From positions 416,001 to 480,000 of the forward strand of contig OZ224045.1 of the NCBI GenBank assembly GCA_963665325.3: 64,000 nucleotides of DNA, written 5' to 3'. How positions within the stretch are numbered: position 1 is the first letter of the stretch; each line of letters opens with the position of its first letter. The notes under the pieces are model-generated. The model saw nothing but the letters and a program-made list of their open reading frames with translations, had not been told where the DNA came from and searched no databases. Position numbers and translations under genes: made by a program. The stretch is from Alphaproteobacteria bacterium. GTDB taxonomy: Bacteria > Pseudomonadota > Alphaproteobacteria > Bin95. Of the stretch, positions 1 through 10,611 are shown piece by piece.

Positions 1-522
1 GCATTCTTCGCAATCAGGCTGGAGGTCGTCTGCATCGGCGATTCGAAACCGGCGCCGGTATTCGACGTGCTTGAGCGTCCAAACCGTTGGCAACGTCAAG
101 CGCAGGAGGTCAATCGCAGCGGCGCACTCAGTGAAATCGGCAGGTTTCGGCGAGAGTTTTGGGCGCATTTCGTTTCGCGGATACCGGATGCACCCGGATT
201 GCAGCCCGGCTATGCTGGAAGCAATGTCTGGCACCGGATCGAGGGTGCCGATGTGAGCATTGTCCAGTTCCTCTCCGCTAGTCGGGTAGGTGTTTATCTG
301 AGCGGTCGCTGGGGTGAATCGCGCGAAGCCGCGGGCGACAGAATCGAGCCGTATGCTGCGAAAGTCCGCGAAGCGTTGAGTGACTATGGAATGCAGGACA
401 GCAGATTCGGTCCGTGTCACTCGGCGCTGAGTACGGATACCAGCGACCGGCGCAACTGGGATAGAATGGCAGACTGGCTCGATAGCCGGCGACAAGCTTA
501 TGAGCAGGCCCTCTCCCGATAG
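1..522 (+). CDS. DUF4268-like domain protein, 5'-truncated by window edge
   Basis: Frame 1 is open from base 1 (AFFAIRLEVVCIGDSKPAPVFDVLERPN...REFWAHF...W..MADWL), resembling NucS-like/DUF4268 proteins. Confidence 0.55.
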   Translation, partial: AFFAIRLEVVCIGDSKPAPVFDVLERPNRWQRQAQEVNRSGALSEIGRFRREFWAHFVSRIPDAPGLQPGYAGSNVWHRIEGADVSIVQFLSASRVGVYLSGRWGESREAAGDRIEPYAAKVREALSDYGMQDSRFGPCHSALSTDTSDRRNWDRMADWLDSRRQAYEQALSR

Positions 523-618
523 TCGGTAGCGTAGACCTCTGCCCGGCACGGTAGCCGGTTGTAGTGCGCAATATGCTTTTCAGCCGATAGTATCTTGTCG
601 GCCGGGCGACGCGGCGCG

Positions 619-1413
619 CTACCGCGCGGTCCAGCCGCCGTCGATCACGAGTTCCGCGCCGGTCATGAAGGCGCTGTCGGGCGAGGCGAGAAAGAGGACG
701 CCTGCCGCGATGTCCGTCGGCCCGCCGAGGCGCTTTATCGGATGCAGGTCGGTGACGAACTGGCGCGCGGCATTGTCCGACATGCCCGTGCTGATCCAGC
801 GGTCCAGCACCTGTCCCGCCATGTCGGTGTCGATCAGGCCCGGATGGACCGAGTTCACACGAATGTTGTAGCCAAGTTGCGCGACTTCGAGCGCCGCCGA
901 CTTGGTCAGCAACCGGACCGCGCCCTTGGACGCGCTGTAGATTGCCGAGAGCGGCGAGCCGACCAGCCCGGCAACCGAGGAGATATTGACGATGCTGGCG
1001 GCGTCCGCGCCTGCCGGCGTGTCCTTCATCGCCCGAATGGCGTGCTTTATGCCGAGGAAGACGCCCATGACATTCACGTCCATCAGCCGGCGATAATCCT
1101 CGACCGACATCTCTTCGAGCTTCGCATAGCTGTAGATGCCGGCATTGTTGACCAGGATGTTCGGCGCGCCGAACCGGCTGCCGACTTTTGCAAGCGCGCT
1201 TTCCCAGCCGGCTTCGTCCGTCACGTCCTGGGCGATGAAGTGCGCTTCGCCGCCCGCCGACGCGATTTCCTCGACAATGCGGTGGCCGTTGTCCTCGATG
1301 AGGTCGGACACGGCGACCCTGGCCCCGGCTTCCGCCAGCCGGCGCGCAATTCCGGCTCCGATGCCGCGTCCCGCGCCCGTTACCAGCGCAACCTTTCCGT
1401 CCACCCGGTTCAT
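619..1413 (-). CDS. SDR family oxidoreductase
   Basis: MNRVDGKVALVTGAGRGIG (TGxxxGIG), NNAG, YSASKG (YxxxK), VIDGG; AGGAGAGG-like RBS upstream. Confidence 0.95.
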   Translation of the reverse strand: MNRVDGKVALVTGAGRGIGAGIARRLAEAGARVAVSDLIEDNGHRIVEEIASAGGEAHFIAQDVTDEAGWESALAKVGSRFGAPNILVNNAGIYSYAKLEEMSVEDYRRLMDVNVMGVFLGIKHAIRAMKDTPAGADAASIVNISSVAGLVGSPLSAIYSASKGAVRLLTKSAALEVAQLGYNIRVNSVHPGLIDTDMAGQVLDRWISTGMSDNAARQFVTDLHPIKRLGGPTDIAAGVLFLASPDSAFMTGAELVIDGGWTAR

Positions 1414-1454
1414 ACCTCTTCGCTCCTCGCCTATGGAATGCCGTGTCTTTCCGG

Positions 1455-2144
1455 CTATGACGGCAGCAGGTCCGCCAGTTCGTCCAGCCCCCGGATCTCC
1501 GCCACCGGATGGAACGGCAGCGTCTCCACCGGCGCGCCGGCCCGGTTTATCCACACCGAGCGGAACCCGAAGGCCGCCGCTCCGGCCACGTCCCAACCAT
1601 TGCCGGAGACGAAGCAGACATGTGCCGGCTGCGCGTCGAGCGCATCCACGGCAAACTGGTACACCGACGGATGCGGCTTGAAGACCCCGCACGCCTCCAC
1701 GGAGAAGACCCGGTCCAGAAGCGGCTTCAGCGCATTGGCGTTGACAGCGGCAGTCAGCATTGTCTGGGTACCGTTGGAGAGAACCGCCGTGCGCAGCCGC
1801 CGGCCCTTTATCGTTTCCAGGCAGGCCTGTGCATCCGGGAACGCGTCGAGCGAAAGATAGAGCTGCATCAACTCGGCGCGCAGCGTCGGGTCTTCAAGGT
1901 CGCAGGCGGTCATGGCGTAGTCGAGCGCCTCGCTCGTCACCTGCCAGAAATCCGCATATTTGCCCATCAGCGAGCGCAGCCAGGTGTAGTCGATCTGCTT
2001 CTGCCGCCAGAGCGCCGACAGACGGTCCGCCGCCGGTCCGATGCGCGCTCTCCGCGCCGCCAGCGGGGCGTTGAAATCGAAGAGGGTGCCATAGGCGTCG
2101 AAGACGCAGGCATGGATGTCGTGAAGGTTGCTGTCGCCTGGCAT
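1455..2144 (-). CDS. haloacid dehalogenase type II
   Basis: FDAYGTLFD, WRQKQIDYTW, LSNG, FKPHPSVY, FVSGNGWDVAGA motifs. Confidence 0.92.
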   Translation of the reverse strand: MPGDSNLHDIHACVFDAYGTLFDFNAPLAARRARIGPAADRLSALWRQKQIDYTWLRSLMGKYADFWQVTSEALDYAMTACDLEDPTLRAELMQLYLSLDAFPDAQACLETIKGRRLRTAVLSNGTQTMLTAAVNANALKPLLDRVFSVEACGVFKPHPSVYQFAVDALDAQPAHVCFVSGNGWDVAGAAAFGFRSVWINRAGAPVETLPFHPVAEIRGLDELADLLPS

Positions 2145-2248
2145 CGGTGTCCGGCTTCCGGTTACGGTCGGTGACGGCCCCAGATTAGCTTGCGGCAAGC
2201 CCGCGGTGAAACTATGTTTCGCCCCGACAGGCAGAGGAGGTCTAGGCC

Positions 2249-3124
2249 ATGTTCAAGGGATCGCTGGTGGCGTTGATTACCCCGTTTCGGGAGGGCGGAG
2301 TCGACGAGAAAGCGTTTCAGGACTTCGTCGAGTGGCAGATCTCCGAAGGCACGCACGGGCTGGTGCCCTGCGGCACCACGGGCGAGTCGCCGACATTGAG
2401 CCATGACGAGCACAAGCGCGTGACCGAACTCTGCATCGAGGCCGCTGCAGGCCGTGTGCCGGTCGTGGCGGGTGCGGGCTCCAACTCGACGGCCGAGGCC
2501 ATCGACCTCGCCCACCACGCCAAGCAGGCAGGCGCCGACGGCGTGCTGGTTGTGACGCCCTACTACAACAAACCGAACCAGGACGGCCTCTACGCGCACT
2601 TCAAGGCGATCAACGACGCCGTCGAAATCCCGATTATCATCTACAACATTCCGCCGCGTTCCGTGGTCGACATGACTGTCGAAACCATGGCGGAGCTCGC
2701 CAAGCTGCCGAATGTCGTGGGCGTCAAGGATGCGACCACGGACCTTCAGCGGCCGATCGAGACGCGCGTCGCTGCGGGCCCCGATTTCTGCCAATTGTCG
2801 GGAGAGGACGGCACGGCCCTGCCCTTCTTGATCCAGGGCGGTGTGGGCTGCATTTCGGTGAGCGCCAATGTCGCGCCGAAGCTCTGCTCGATGATGCACG
2901 AGGCCTGGCAGCAGGGCGCGCTGGAAACGGCGATGCAGATCAACGAACGCCTGATACCGCTGCACAAGGCGATGTTCTTCCAGCCTAGTCCGGCCGGCGC
3001 CAAATACGGCGCCCATCTACTTGGGCACTGCACGCCGGATACGCGCCTGCCGTTGACGCCTGCGGCCCCGGAAACGCAGGGCCGTGTGCGCAGCGCGATG
3101 ACCGGCCTCGAACTGATCGGCTAA
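2249..3124 (+). CDS. dapA: 4-hydroxy-tetrahydrodipicolinate synthase
   Basis: GTTGES, TPYYNKP, IYNIP, GVKDAT, LSGED motifs; GAGGAG RBS. Confidence 0.97.
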   Translation: MFKGSLVALITPFREGGVDEKAFQDFVEWQISEGTHGLVPCGTTGESPTLSHDEHKRVTELCIEAAAGRVPVVAGAGSNSTAEAIDLAHHAKQAGADGVLVVTPYYNKPNQDGLYAHFKAINDAVEIPIIIYNIPPRSVVDMTVETMAELAKLPNVVGVKDATTDLQRPIETRVAAGPDFCQLSGEDGTALPFLIQGGVGCISVSANVAPKLCSMMHEAWQQGALETAMQINERLIPLHKAMFFQPSPAGAKYGAHLLGHCTPDTRLPLTPAAPETQGRVRSAMTGLELIG

Positions 3125-3133
3125 CCCTTCCCG

Positions 3134-3589
3134 ATGGCCGTCCGGCTGGTTGCCCAGAACCGCCGGGCGCGCCACGACTACTTCATCGAGAGTGTACTCG
3201 AGGCCGGCATGGAGCTGTCCGGCAGCGAGGTGAAGTCGCTCCGCGCCGGGCATGGGTCGATCGTGGAAGCCTATGCGGTCGAGCGGGCGGGCGAGGTGTT
3301 CCTCGTCAACGCCCATATCCCGGAATACAAGCCGGCGCGGCATTTCGGCCACACGGCGAAGCGCCCCCGCAGGCTTCTTCTCCACAGGCGCGAAATTGAC
3401 CGGCTGGCCGGCGCCGTCCGGCGCGAGGGCGCGACCATCGTGCCGCTCAAGCTCTATTTCAACGAGCGCGGGCGCGCCAAGCTGGAACTCGGCCTCGCCA
3501 GGGGCAAGCGCAAGGTGGACAAGCGCCACGCGATCAAGGAACGCGACTGGAAACGCGACAAGCAGCGCCTGATAAAGGCGCGGGACTGA
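3134..3589 (+). CDS. smpB: SsrA-binding protein
   Basis: QNRRARHDY, EAGMELSGSEVKSLR, RRLLLHRREI, GKRKVDKR; dapA-smpB synteny. Confidence 0.97.
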   Translation: MAVRLVAQNRRARHDYFIESVLEAGMELSGSEVKSLRAGHGSIVEAYAVERAGEVFLVNAHIPEYKPARHFGHTAKRPRRLLLHRREIDRLAGAVRREGATIVPLKLYFNERGRAKLELGLARGKRKVDKRHAIKERDWKRDKQRLIKARD

Positions 3590-3613
3590 AACGCGACAGG
3601 CCGTCGGGGCGCG

Positions 3614-4654
3614 CTACCGGTTCAGCCGGGCGGCCTCTCCGATGATGCGGACGGCTTCCTCGCTGCGGGTCCGCACGGTGATGGCTGTCGCGCCGCTGTC
3701 GGCCCAGGCGCGGAAGCGCTGCTTGATGCGCGCCGGCGGGCCGATGAGCGCTTTCATGTCCACCCATTCGTCCGGCACGGCATCTGCGGCCTCGTCCTTG
3801 CGGCCGGCGAGATAAAGTTCCTGGATGCGATCCGCCGCGTCCTCGAAGCCCCGGCGGCACATCATCTGGTTGTGGAAGTTCTTGTCCCGGTGGCCCATGC
3901 CGCCGACATAGAGCGCCTCGCGCGGCTTAAGCTGCGCCAGGCCGGCCTTCACATCGTCGCCCAGGATGACATGCGGCGAGGCGACGATCTCGAAATTGTG
4001 GAAGCCCTTGCCGTTGCCGGCCCGCGCGAACCCCTGCTCCAGCCAGGGCCGGTATTCGTCGAGCGTGCCGGGCATGAAGCCGAGCGGCAGCCAGCCATCG
4101 GCGATCTCGCCGGTAAGACGCACCGTCGACTCCGCCCCGGTGCCGAGATAGATCGGGATGTCGGGGTTGGGATGCAGGATCATGCGGAGCGGTTTCGCCA
4201 TGCCGGCGGAGCCTTCGCCTTCATAGGGCAGCGAGATTTCGCGGCCATCATGCGTCACCGGCTCGTCGCGCGCGAAAATCTTGCGCATGATCGCAACGTA
4301 ATCCTTGATCCGCCAATAGGGCCGGCCCCAGGGCTGGCCGTACCAGCCCTCGACGATCTGCGGCCCCGAAACGCCAATGCCGACGATCATCCGTCCGCCG
4401 CCTGCGAGCGCATCGATGGTCTGCGCCTGCATGGCGGCATTGGCCGGCGTGCGCGCGGCAAGCTGGATGATGCCGGTGCCGAGCTTGATCCGCTCTGTCA
4501 CGGCGGCCAGATAGGCCAGCGGCGTCATCGCGTCCGTGCCGTAAGCCTCCGCCGTCCACACCGTGTCGTAGCCCAGCTTGTCGGCGAGCTTCACCAGTTC
4601 CGTCGGGAAATCGAGACGTGCGCCCGAGTAACCGATCGATAGGCCGAGTTTCAT
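3614..4654 (-). CDS. LLM-class (probably F420-dependent) oxidoreductase
   Basis: MKLGLSIGY, WTAEAYGTDA, ARTPA, GVSGPQIVEGWYG, YVGGMG..KNFHN. Confidence 0.88.
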   Translation of the reverse strand: MKLGLSIGYSGARLDFPTELVKLADKLGYDTVWTAEAYGTDAMTPLAYLAAVTERIKLGTGIIQLAARTPANAAMQAQTIDALAGGGRMIVGIGVSGPQIVEGWYGQPWGRPYWRIKDYVAIMRKIFARDEPVTHDGREISLPYEGEGSAGMAKPLRMILHPNPDIPIYLGTGAESTVRLTGEIADGWLPLGFMPGTLDEYRPWLEQGFARAGNGKGFHNFEIVASPHVILGDDVKAGLAQLKPREALYVGGMGHRDKNFHNQMMCRRGFEDAADRIQELYLAGRKDEAADAVPDEWVDMKALIGPPARIKQRFRAWADSGATAITVRTRSEEAVRIIGEAARLNR

Positions 4655-4718
4655 GGGAGGAGGTCTCCGGACTTCGGGAAAACGAGTGTGTGGGCCGCAA
4701 GCGGCGGGAGAAACGCGG

Positions 4719-5564
4719 CTACTCTGCCGCCTCCTGCCAGGCCGGCGGCAGGTCGAAGGGACGGTCGCCGGAGAGGGACGGCACGCGGCCGCGTGCTTCC
4801 GCCACGAGGGCCGTGTCGATTTCGGCGGTGACGATGCCCGGCTCCTCGCCGCCATCCGCCAGCACCTCGCCCCAGGGCGCCACGATAAGCGAGTGGCCGT
4901 AGGTGCGCCGGCCCTCGGCATGCTCGCCCACCTGCGCCGGCGCGACGATGAAGCAGCCGGTTTCGATAGCGCGAGAGCGCAACAGCACATGCCAGTGCGC
5001 GCGCCCCGTCGGCACCGTGAAGGCCGACGGCACGGTAATCACCTCGGCCCCGGCTTGTGCGAGCGCGCGGTAGAGCGCCGGAAAGCGCATGTCGTAGCAG
5101 ATCGTGAGGCCCAGTACCGCCAGCGGCGTTCGGGCGGTTACCGCGCTCTCCCCGGGCCGGTAGGTCCGGCTTTCCCGGTAGCGGTCGCCTTCGCCGATAT
5201 CCACGTCGAACATGTGGATCTTGTCATAGGTCGCGGCGACCTCGCCGGCCGGGTCGAGCAGGTATGACCGGTTGGCGAGCCGCTCCTCTTCGGTGCGCGT
5301 CACCATCGAGCCCGCCAGCAGCCAGGCTCCGGTCTCGCACGCCCACTCGCGGAACGCGTCCAGCCCCCGGTGGTCGTCCTGCGACTCCGCTTTCTCCAGC
5401 ACCAGCCGCCGGCGCGGCTCCAGATAGGAGCAAACCTCGGGCGCCGCGATGAACTCCGCGCCCATGTCGCGCGCCCGGCGGACCATGCCGCCAAGCGTTT
5501 CCAAGGTCGGTCCGGTGTCCCGTTCGGCCGTGTTCTGCAGGCAGGCGACCTTGAAGACGCTCAT
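4719..5564 (-). CDS. carbon-nitrogen hydrolase (Nit1-like amidohydrolase)
   Basis: PE, YDKIHMFDV, ICYDMRFP, RSRAIETGC, TYGHS motifs. Confidence 0.93.
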   Translation of the reverse strand: MSVFKVACLQNTAERDTGPTLETLGGMVRRARDMGAEFIAAPEVCSYLEPRRRLVLEKAESQDDHRGLDAFREWACETGAWLLAGSMVTRTEEERLANRSYLLDPAGEVAATYDKIHMFDVDIGEGDRYRESRTYRPGESAVTARTPLAVLGLTICYDMRFPALYRALAQAGAEVITVPSAFTVPTGRAHWHVLLRSRAIETGCFIVAPAQVGEHAEGRRTYGHSLIVAPWGEVLADGGEEPGIVTAEIDTALVAEARGRVPSLSGDRPFDLPPAWQEAAE

Positions 5565-5827
5565 GACGCCTGCCCCTGAAGCATCGGGTCGAGCCGCCCT
5601 GCCCGCTCCAGCGCCGCGAGCTCGTCCGAGCCGCCGACATGCGCGCCGTCGATGAATATCTGCGGCACCGTATGGCGGCCGCCGGCCCGGCGCATCATCT
5701 CGCCGCGCAACGCCGGGTCGCCGTCCACATTGTATTCCGTGAAACCGGCGTCCTTGCTCTTCAGCAACCGCTTGGCGCGGTAGCAGAAGGGGCACCACAT
5801 GCTGGAATAAATCTCTACCCTTGCCAT
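5561..5827 (-). CDS. grxC: glutaredoxin 3
   Basis: CPFC active site, [15 protein letters not shown]; coupled to the nitrilase-family gene. Confidence 0.95.
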   Translation of the reverse strand: MARVEIYSSMWCPFCYRAKRLLKSKDAGFTEYNVDGDPALRGEMMRRAGGRHTVPQIFIDGAHVGGSDELAALERAGRLDPMLQGQAS

Positions 5828-5934
5828 GGGCCCCACCATATAGCCGCGCCGCCCGGCTCGTCGAGACCTGCGCGCCCTTGACCCTTTGCGCTCCGGTGCG
5901 GATAAACCGCCCGCCGAACGGAGAACCGTCGATC

Positions 5935-6951
5935 ATGAAGCGCATTTTTTCCGGCATTCAGCCGACCGGAAACCTGCATCTGGGAAATTATCTGGGCGCC
6001 ATCCGCAATTGGGTGGATATGCAGCAGGACTTCGACTTCAACTGCATCTTCTGCATCGTCGATCTACACGCGATTACGGTTCCGCAGGACCCGGCCGAGC
6101 TGACCGCCAATACCCGCGAGGTGACTGCGGCCTTTATTGCCTCGGGCATCGACCCCCAGCGCTGCATCGTCTTCAACCAGAGCATGGTGTCTGCCCATGC
6201 CGAGCTTGCCTGGGTACTGAACTGCCACGCGCCGATGGGCTGGCTCAACCGCATGACCCAGTTCAAGGAGAAGGCCGGCAAGCGGCGCGATGCCGCTGCG
6301 GTCGGGTTGTTCGCCTACCCGGTTCTCATGGCCGCCGACATCCTGCTCTATCGCGCGAGCGACGTGCCGGTCGGTGAGGACCAGAAACAGCATCTCGAGC
6401 TTTCCCGCGACATAGCGGGGGCCTTCAACCGCCACTACGACTGCGAAACGTTCGTGCTTCCGGAGCCGCGCATATTCGGCACCGCGACCAGGGTGATGAG
6501 CCTGCGCGACGGCAACGCCAAGATGAGCAAGTCCGATCCCTCGGCCAATTCGCGCATCAACCTTTCGGACGATGCCGACACCATTGCGCAGAAGGTCCGG
6601 CGCGCGAAGACCGATCCCGAGCCGCTGCCGAGCGAACCGGACGGGCTCGAAGGCAGGCCCGAGGCCACGAACCTCGTCGGCATCCATGCCGCGCTTGCGG
6701 GACTGGACGAAGCGGCAGTCTGCCGCGAATTCGGCGGACGCGGCTTCTCCGACTTCAAGGCCGCGCTCTCTGAGCTGGCCGTTGAGGTATTGTCCCCGGT
6801 GACAGCCGAGATGCGCCGGCTTATGGCCGACCCGGCCTATATCGACGGTGTGCTGGCGGACGGGGCATCGCGGGCCGGCGCCATCGCCGGTGAGACGATG
6901 GGCGAAATCAGGGACATTGTCGGCTTCCTGACGCCTCGGCCAAACGCATGA
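5935..6951 (+). CDS. trpS: tryptophan--tRNA ligase
   Basis: [14 protein letters not shown] (HIGH), [15 protein letters not shown]. Confidence 0.98.
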   Translation: MKRIFSGIQPTGNLHLGNYLGAIRNWVDMQQDFDFNCIFCIVDLHAITVPQDPAELTANTREVTAAFIASGIDPQRCIVFNQSMVSAHAELAWVLNCHAPMGWLNRMTQFKEKAGKRRDAAAVGLFAYPVLMAADILLYRASDVPVGEDQKQHLELSRDIAGAFNRHYDCETFVLPEPRIFGTATRVMSLRDGNAKMSKSDPSANSRINLSDDADTIAQKVRRAKTDPEPLPSEPDGLEGRPEATNLVGIHAALAGLDEAAVCREFGGRGFSDFKAALSELAVEVLSPVTAEMRRLMADPAYIDGVLADGASRAGAIAGETMGEIRDIVGFLTPRPNA

Positions 6952-7583
6952 AGAAGGCGGAGGTCGAGACCTTCTTCGACCGCCTGGCGGTCGCCCTGCC
7001 GGAGCCGCAGGGCGAGCTGCACTACGTCAACCCCTATACGCTGCTGGTAGCCGTCGTGCTGTCGGCCCAGGCGACCGATACGGGCGTCAACAAGGCGACA
7101 CGCGGCCTCTTCGCGGCCGCCGACACGCCGGAAGCCATGCTCGCGCTCGGCGAGGACGGTGTGCGCCACCACATCCGCACTATCGGGCTGTTCAACGCCA
7201 AGGCGCGCAATGTCATCGGGCTCTCGGAGATTCTCGTCGCTGAGCATGGCGGCGCCGTGCCCGACAGCCGCGAGGCGCTGGAGCGCCTGCCCGGCGTCGG
7301 CCGCAAGACGGCCAATGTCGTCCTCAACACAGCCTTCGGCCAGCCGACCATCGCGGTGGACACCCATATCTTCCGCGTCGGTAACCGCACCGGCCTCGCG
7401 CCCGGCAAGACGCCGCTGGAGGTGGAGAAGAAGCTCGAGCGCCGCGTGCCGGCGCACCGCAAGCTACATGCCCACCACTGGCTGATCCTGCACGGGCGCT
7501 ATGTCTGCAAGGCGAGGAAGCCGGACTGCCTTGCCTGCACCGTCAGCGACCTCTGCCGCTTCAAGGGCAAGACGACGGCCTGA
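6948..7583 (+). CDS. nth: endonuclease III
   Basis: [18 protein letters not shown] HhH, VDTH, C-x6-C-x2-C-x5-C Fe-S motif. Confidence 0.97.
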   Translation: MKKAEVETFFDRLAVALPEPQGELHYVNPYTLLVAVVLSAQATDTGVNKATRGLFAAADTPEAMLALGEDGVRHHIRTIGLFNAKARNVIGLSEILVAEHGGAVPDSREALERLPGVGRKTANVVLNTAFGQPTIAVDTHIFRVGNRTGLAPGKTPLEVEKKLERRVPAHRKLHAHHWLILHGRYVCKARKPDCLACTVSDLCRFKGKTTA

Positions 7584-7595
7584 GCGGACGCGCGC

Positions 7596-8537
7596 CTACT
7601 GCAGCTCCACCGCGTAGGTTTCGACGGGCGGCAGGGATTCCACAAGGCCGCGCTCCACAACAAACTTGGCGAAGCGCTCGTAGCGCCGCCGGTCGAGCGC
7701 CGCCGGACGCAACGCAAAACGCGGCAGCGTGTCCCTCCAGGCGCGCCGGTTGAGTTCGTCGTCGAGGTCCTTCCGGTCGCCGGCGATGAACAGCGCCCAG
7801 GCCTCGTCGGGATGGTTGATCATGTATTGGACGCCGCGCTCTACCGCGTCCACGAAGGCGCGGTAGGCGGGTCGGTCGAGCGTGTCCTTGTGGGCCACGA
7901 CGATCAGCTCGTCATAGGGGGGCACGCCCTCTTCCTCCAGATAGAAGGCGCGGCCGGGATGGCCGACGATGTCCATCTGGTTCAGCTCGAAATTGCGGAA
8001 GGCGCCGATCACAGCATCGACCTGCCCGGCAATCAGCGACGGCGAGAGGGACCAGTTGACGTTCACCTTCTCGATATCGTCCATCGTGAGCCCGTGCGGC
8101 TGGAGCACACCTTCGAGCAGGGCGTCTTCCAGCCCCGCCACGGAAAAGCCGACCCGCTTGCCCTTGAGGTCGGCAATCGTGCGGATCGGGCTGTCCTCCA
8201 GCACCACGATGGTGTTGAGCGGCGTTGCGACCAGGGTGGCTATGCGCGCCAGCGGCAGGCCGGCGGCCGCCTGCATGTGCAATTGCGGCTGGTAGGAGAC
8301 GGCGAGGTCCGCCTTGCCGGCAGCGACCAGCTTGGGCGGATCGTTGGGGTCCGCCGGCGGTACGAACTCGACCGTCAGCCCCGCATCGGCGAAGTAGCCG
8401 CGCTCCTGGGCGACATAGAGCGGTCCGTGGTCGGGGTTTATGAACCAGTCGAGCAAGACGGTGAGTTTCTCTTCCGCCGCCGCCGGGAGGGCGACGAGAA
8501 GACAGGCGGCGGCGACTGCCGGGAGACGGAACATCAT
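7596..8537 (-). CDS. ABC transporter substrate-binding protein, NMT1/THI5 (ThiY-like)
   Basis: Signal peptide, LDWFINPDH, SYQPQ, GAFRNFE; downstream of TPP riboswitch. Confidence 0.9.
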   Translation of the reverse strand: MMFRLPAVAAACLLVALPAAAEEKLTVLLDWFINPDHGPLYVAQERGYFADAGLTVEFVPPADPNDPPKLVAAGKADLAVSYQPQLHMQAAAGLPLARIATLVATPLNTIVVLEDSPIRTIADLKGKRVGFSVAGLEDALLEGVLQPHGLTMDDIEKVNVNWSLSPSLIAGQVDAVIGAFRNFELNQMDIVGHPGRAFYLEEEGVPPYDELIVVAHKDTLDRPAYRAFVDAVERGVQYMINHPDEAWALFIAGDRKDLDDELNRRAWRDTLPRFALRPAALDRRRYERFAKFVVERGLVESLPPVETYAVELQ

Positions 8538-9313
8538 GATGCGTTCGGGTCCTTTGCGGGCTCTTGAAGAAGGGTGTCGGCCTGCCACGGCACCGCAAGG
8601 CGGAGCAACCGATCGACGGTGAAGTAGAGGGTGAGCGCCATCGCCGCGAGGACGATCAGTGCGGCGAACATTAGGTCCACCTGCATGCGCGCATTGGCGT
8701 GCAACATCAGGTAGCCGAGCCCCGCCGACGCGCCGACCCACTCGCCGACAATGGCGCCGATGGGCGCGACCGCCGTGGCGACACGCAGGCCGGACGCGCA
8801 GGCCGGCAGGGCCGCGGGAATCCTCAGGTGGAGAAGCTGGCGCCAGCGCGACGCGCCCATGCTGCGGGCCAGATCGAGCCATCCGGGGTCGGTGCGGGAA
8901 AGGCCGTCATAGAAGGCGGCGGTCACCGGGAAGAAGATGATGAGCACGGCCATCGCCACCTTCGAGGCCATGCCGTAGCCGAGCCAGAGCACCAGAAGCG
9001 GCGCGATCGCGAAGACCGGAACCGCCTGGCTCGCCACCAGCACCGGCAGCAGCCAAAGCCGCGCCGGGCGGACATGGGCGATCACCAATGCCGAGAATGC
9101 GCCCAACGCCGCGCCGATGCAGAGACCCAGCAGGATCTCGGCCAGCGTCGTGCCGGCGTGCGGCAGAAGCAGACCGCCATGCCGGGCTAGCGCCGCCGCT
9201 ACGGCCAGCGGCCCCGGAAGGATGAATGGCTGCGCCTCCGTGATCGACACAACCGCTTGCCAGACGACTACCAGCCCGGCCGCGACAACCGCCATACGCA
9301 GCGCCGTCTTCAT
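8534..9313 (-). CDS. ABC transporter permease (ThiX-like)
   Basis: Hydrophobic helices, EAA-type loop (ARSMGASRW), GAIVGEWVG. Confidence 0.92.
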   Translation of the reverse strand: MKTALRMAVVAAGLVVVWQAVVSITEAQPFILPGPLAVAAALARHGGLLLPHAGTTLAEILLGLCIGAALGAFSALVIAHVRPARLWLLPVLVASQAVPVFAIAPLLVLWLGYGMASKVAMAVLIIFFPVTAAFYDGLSRTDPGWLDLARSMGASRWRQLLHLRIPAALPACASGLRVATAVAPIGAIVGEWVGASAGLGYLMLHANARMQVDLMFAALIVLAAMALTLYFTVDRLLRLAVPWQADTLLQEPAKDPNAS

Positions 9314-10026
9314 GCCGCGAGCCTGGCGAGCAGCGCGCCCTGCGCCGCCAGAACGGCCGGATCGCGGACGTCCCGCGGCGGAGCGAGGTCGGGCGCCGGC
9401 AGGGCTTCCAGCGCGGCCGGACGGCCGGTCATGACATAGACGCGGTCCCCGAGGCGCAGCGCCTCCAGCGGGTCGTGGGTTACGAGCAGCACGGTGCGCC
9501 CCGCCAGCAGGCGCGCCGCTAGGTCCTGCGCCGCATGGCGGGTAATGGCATCGAGGCTCCCGAACGGCTCGTCCATCAGCACGACCGGACGGTCCTCCAT
9601 CAGCGTGCGGACCAGCGCGACACGCTGTCGTTCGCCGCCGGAAAGCGTCGCCGGCCTCGCCGAGGTAGAATCCGCCAGACCCACCTGGTCCAGAAGGACG
9701 CGCGCCCGCTCGAAGTCGGGCCGCTCGCCGCGCAGCCGCGCACCCAGCACCGAATTGTCGAGAACGCTTGCCCAGGGAAGCAGCAGGTCGTCCTGGCTCA
9801 TATAGGCCACCGGCACAGCCCGGACACGGCCCGCAGCCCCGCCCCGCAGCCCCGCTATCAGCCTGAGCAGGCTCGACTTGCCGACGCCGCTCGGCCCCAG
9901 CAGGCAGGTCCAGAGGCCGGCTTCCAGGCGCACGTCCAGCCCGTCGAACAAAGGGGCGCCGCCGAAGGACAGCGATGCCCCGCGAATATCGACGGCAAAC
10001 TCTATTTCCGGCGCAATTCCGCCCAC
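9310..10026 (-). CDS. ABC transporter ATP-binding protein (ThiZ-like)
   Basis: GPSGVGKS Walker A, LSGGERQR, LMDEPF, VTHD. Confidence 0.93.
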   Translation of the reverse strand: MGGIAPEIEFAVDIRGASLSFGGAPLFDGLDVRLEAGLWTCLLGPSGVGKSSLLRLIAGLRGGAAGRVRAVPVAYMSQDDLLLPWASVLDNSVLGARLRGERPDFERARVLLDQVGLADSTSARPATLSGGERQRVALVRTLMEDRPVVLMDEPFGSLDAITRHAAQDLAARLLAGRTVLLVTHDPLEALRLGDRVYVMTGRPAALEALPAPDLAPPRDVRDPAVLAAQGALLARLAA

Positions 10027-10121
10027 ACGCTCCCTCCGCCGGTACTAACCGGATCAGGTTCCTGGGGTCGTCCCGTGTGCAGGACCTCTCAGCCGCGGGC
10101 AGGCGGCTCCCCCGAGTGGAA
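10027..10121 (-). ncRNA. TPP riboswitch
   Basis: Minus strand reads GGGGAGCC...GGCTGAGA...GACCC..GAACCTGATCCGGTTAGTACCGGCGGAGGGA, the THI-box consensus, directly before the ABC operon start. Confidence 0.95.
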
Positions 10122-10188
10122 CGGGCAACATGGGCGGCGGCCGCTGCTTTGGCAAGGCCCCGCGAGGCGAGGCTGTTGTCGTGCTCGC

Positions 10189-10611
10189 TTAAAGCGCGGC
10201 TTCGTCGAGCGACTGGATGAACTGGATACCGCGGATGTTCTTTCGGCTAAGGCGCCTGTCATTGGTGATGAACAGGTCCGTGCCCGCCGCGGCGGCGCAG
10301 GCGAGCTGGATCGCATCGGGAGCGCGAATCGAACGATCCCTGCGAATTTCGGCGAAGCTCGGGACAGCGCGCCGGTCGAACGGCAGCACCGTCGTTCCCG
10401 CCTCGATCAACTCTTCATAGCGACGCCCCAGCTCCCGGTTCCCGGTGCTCTTGGGTTTGACGAGGAGTTCGCCGAGCGTGAGCGTCGAGGTGACCAACTC
10501 GTCGTTACGCTCGATCATTCGCCGGCGTAACGCCGTGACACGTTCGGCCAGGCCCCCCTTGTGCTCGACCAGATACACAAAAAGGTTCGTGTCCCAGAAT
10601 ATCCGGCTCAA
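10189..10611 (-). CDS. PIN-domain (VapC-like) protein
   Basis: IFWDTNLFVY, TLGELLVKP, PDAIQLACA, FITNDRRL; TTG start inferred. Confidence 0.88.
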   Translation of the reverse strand: MSRIFWDTNLFVYLVEHKGGLAERVTALRRRMIERNDELVTSTLTLGELLVKPKSTGNRELGRRYEELIEAGTTVLPFDRRAVPSFAEIRRDRSIRAPDAIQLACAAAAGTDLFITNDRRLSRKNIRGIQFIQSLDEAAL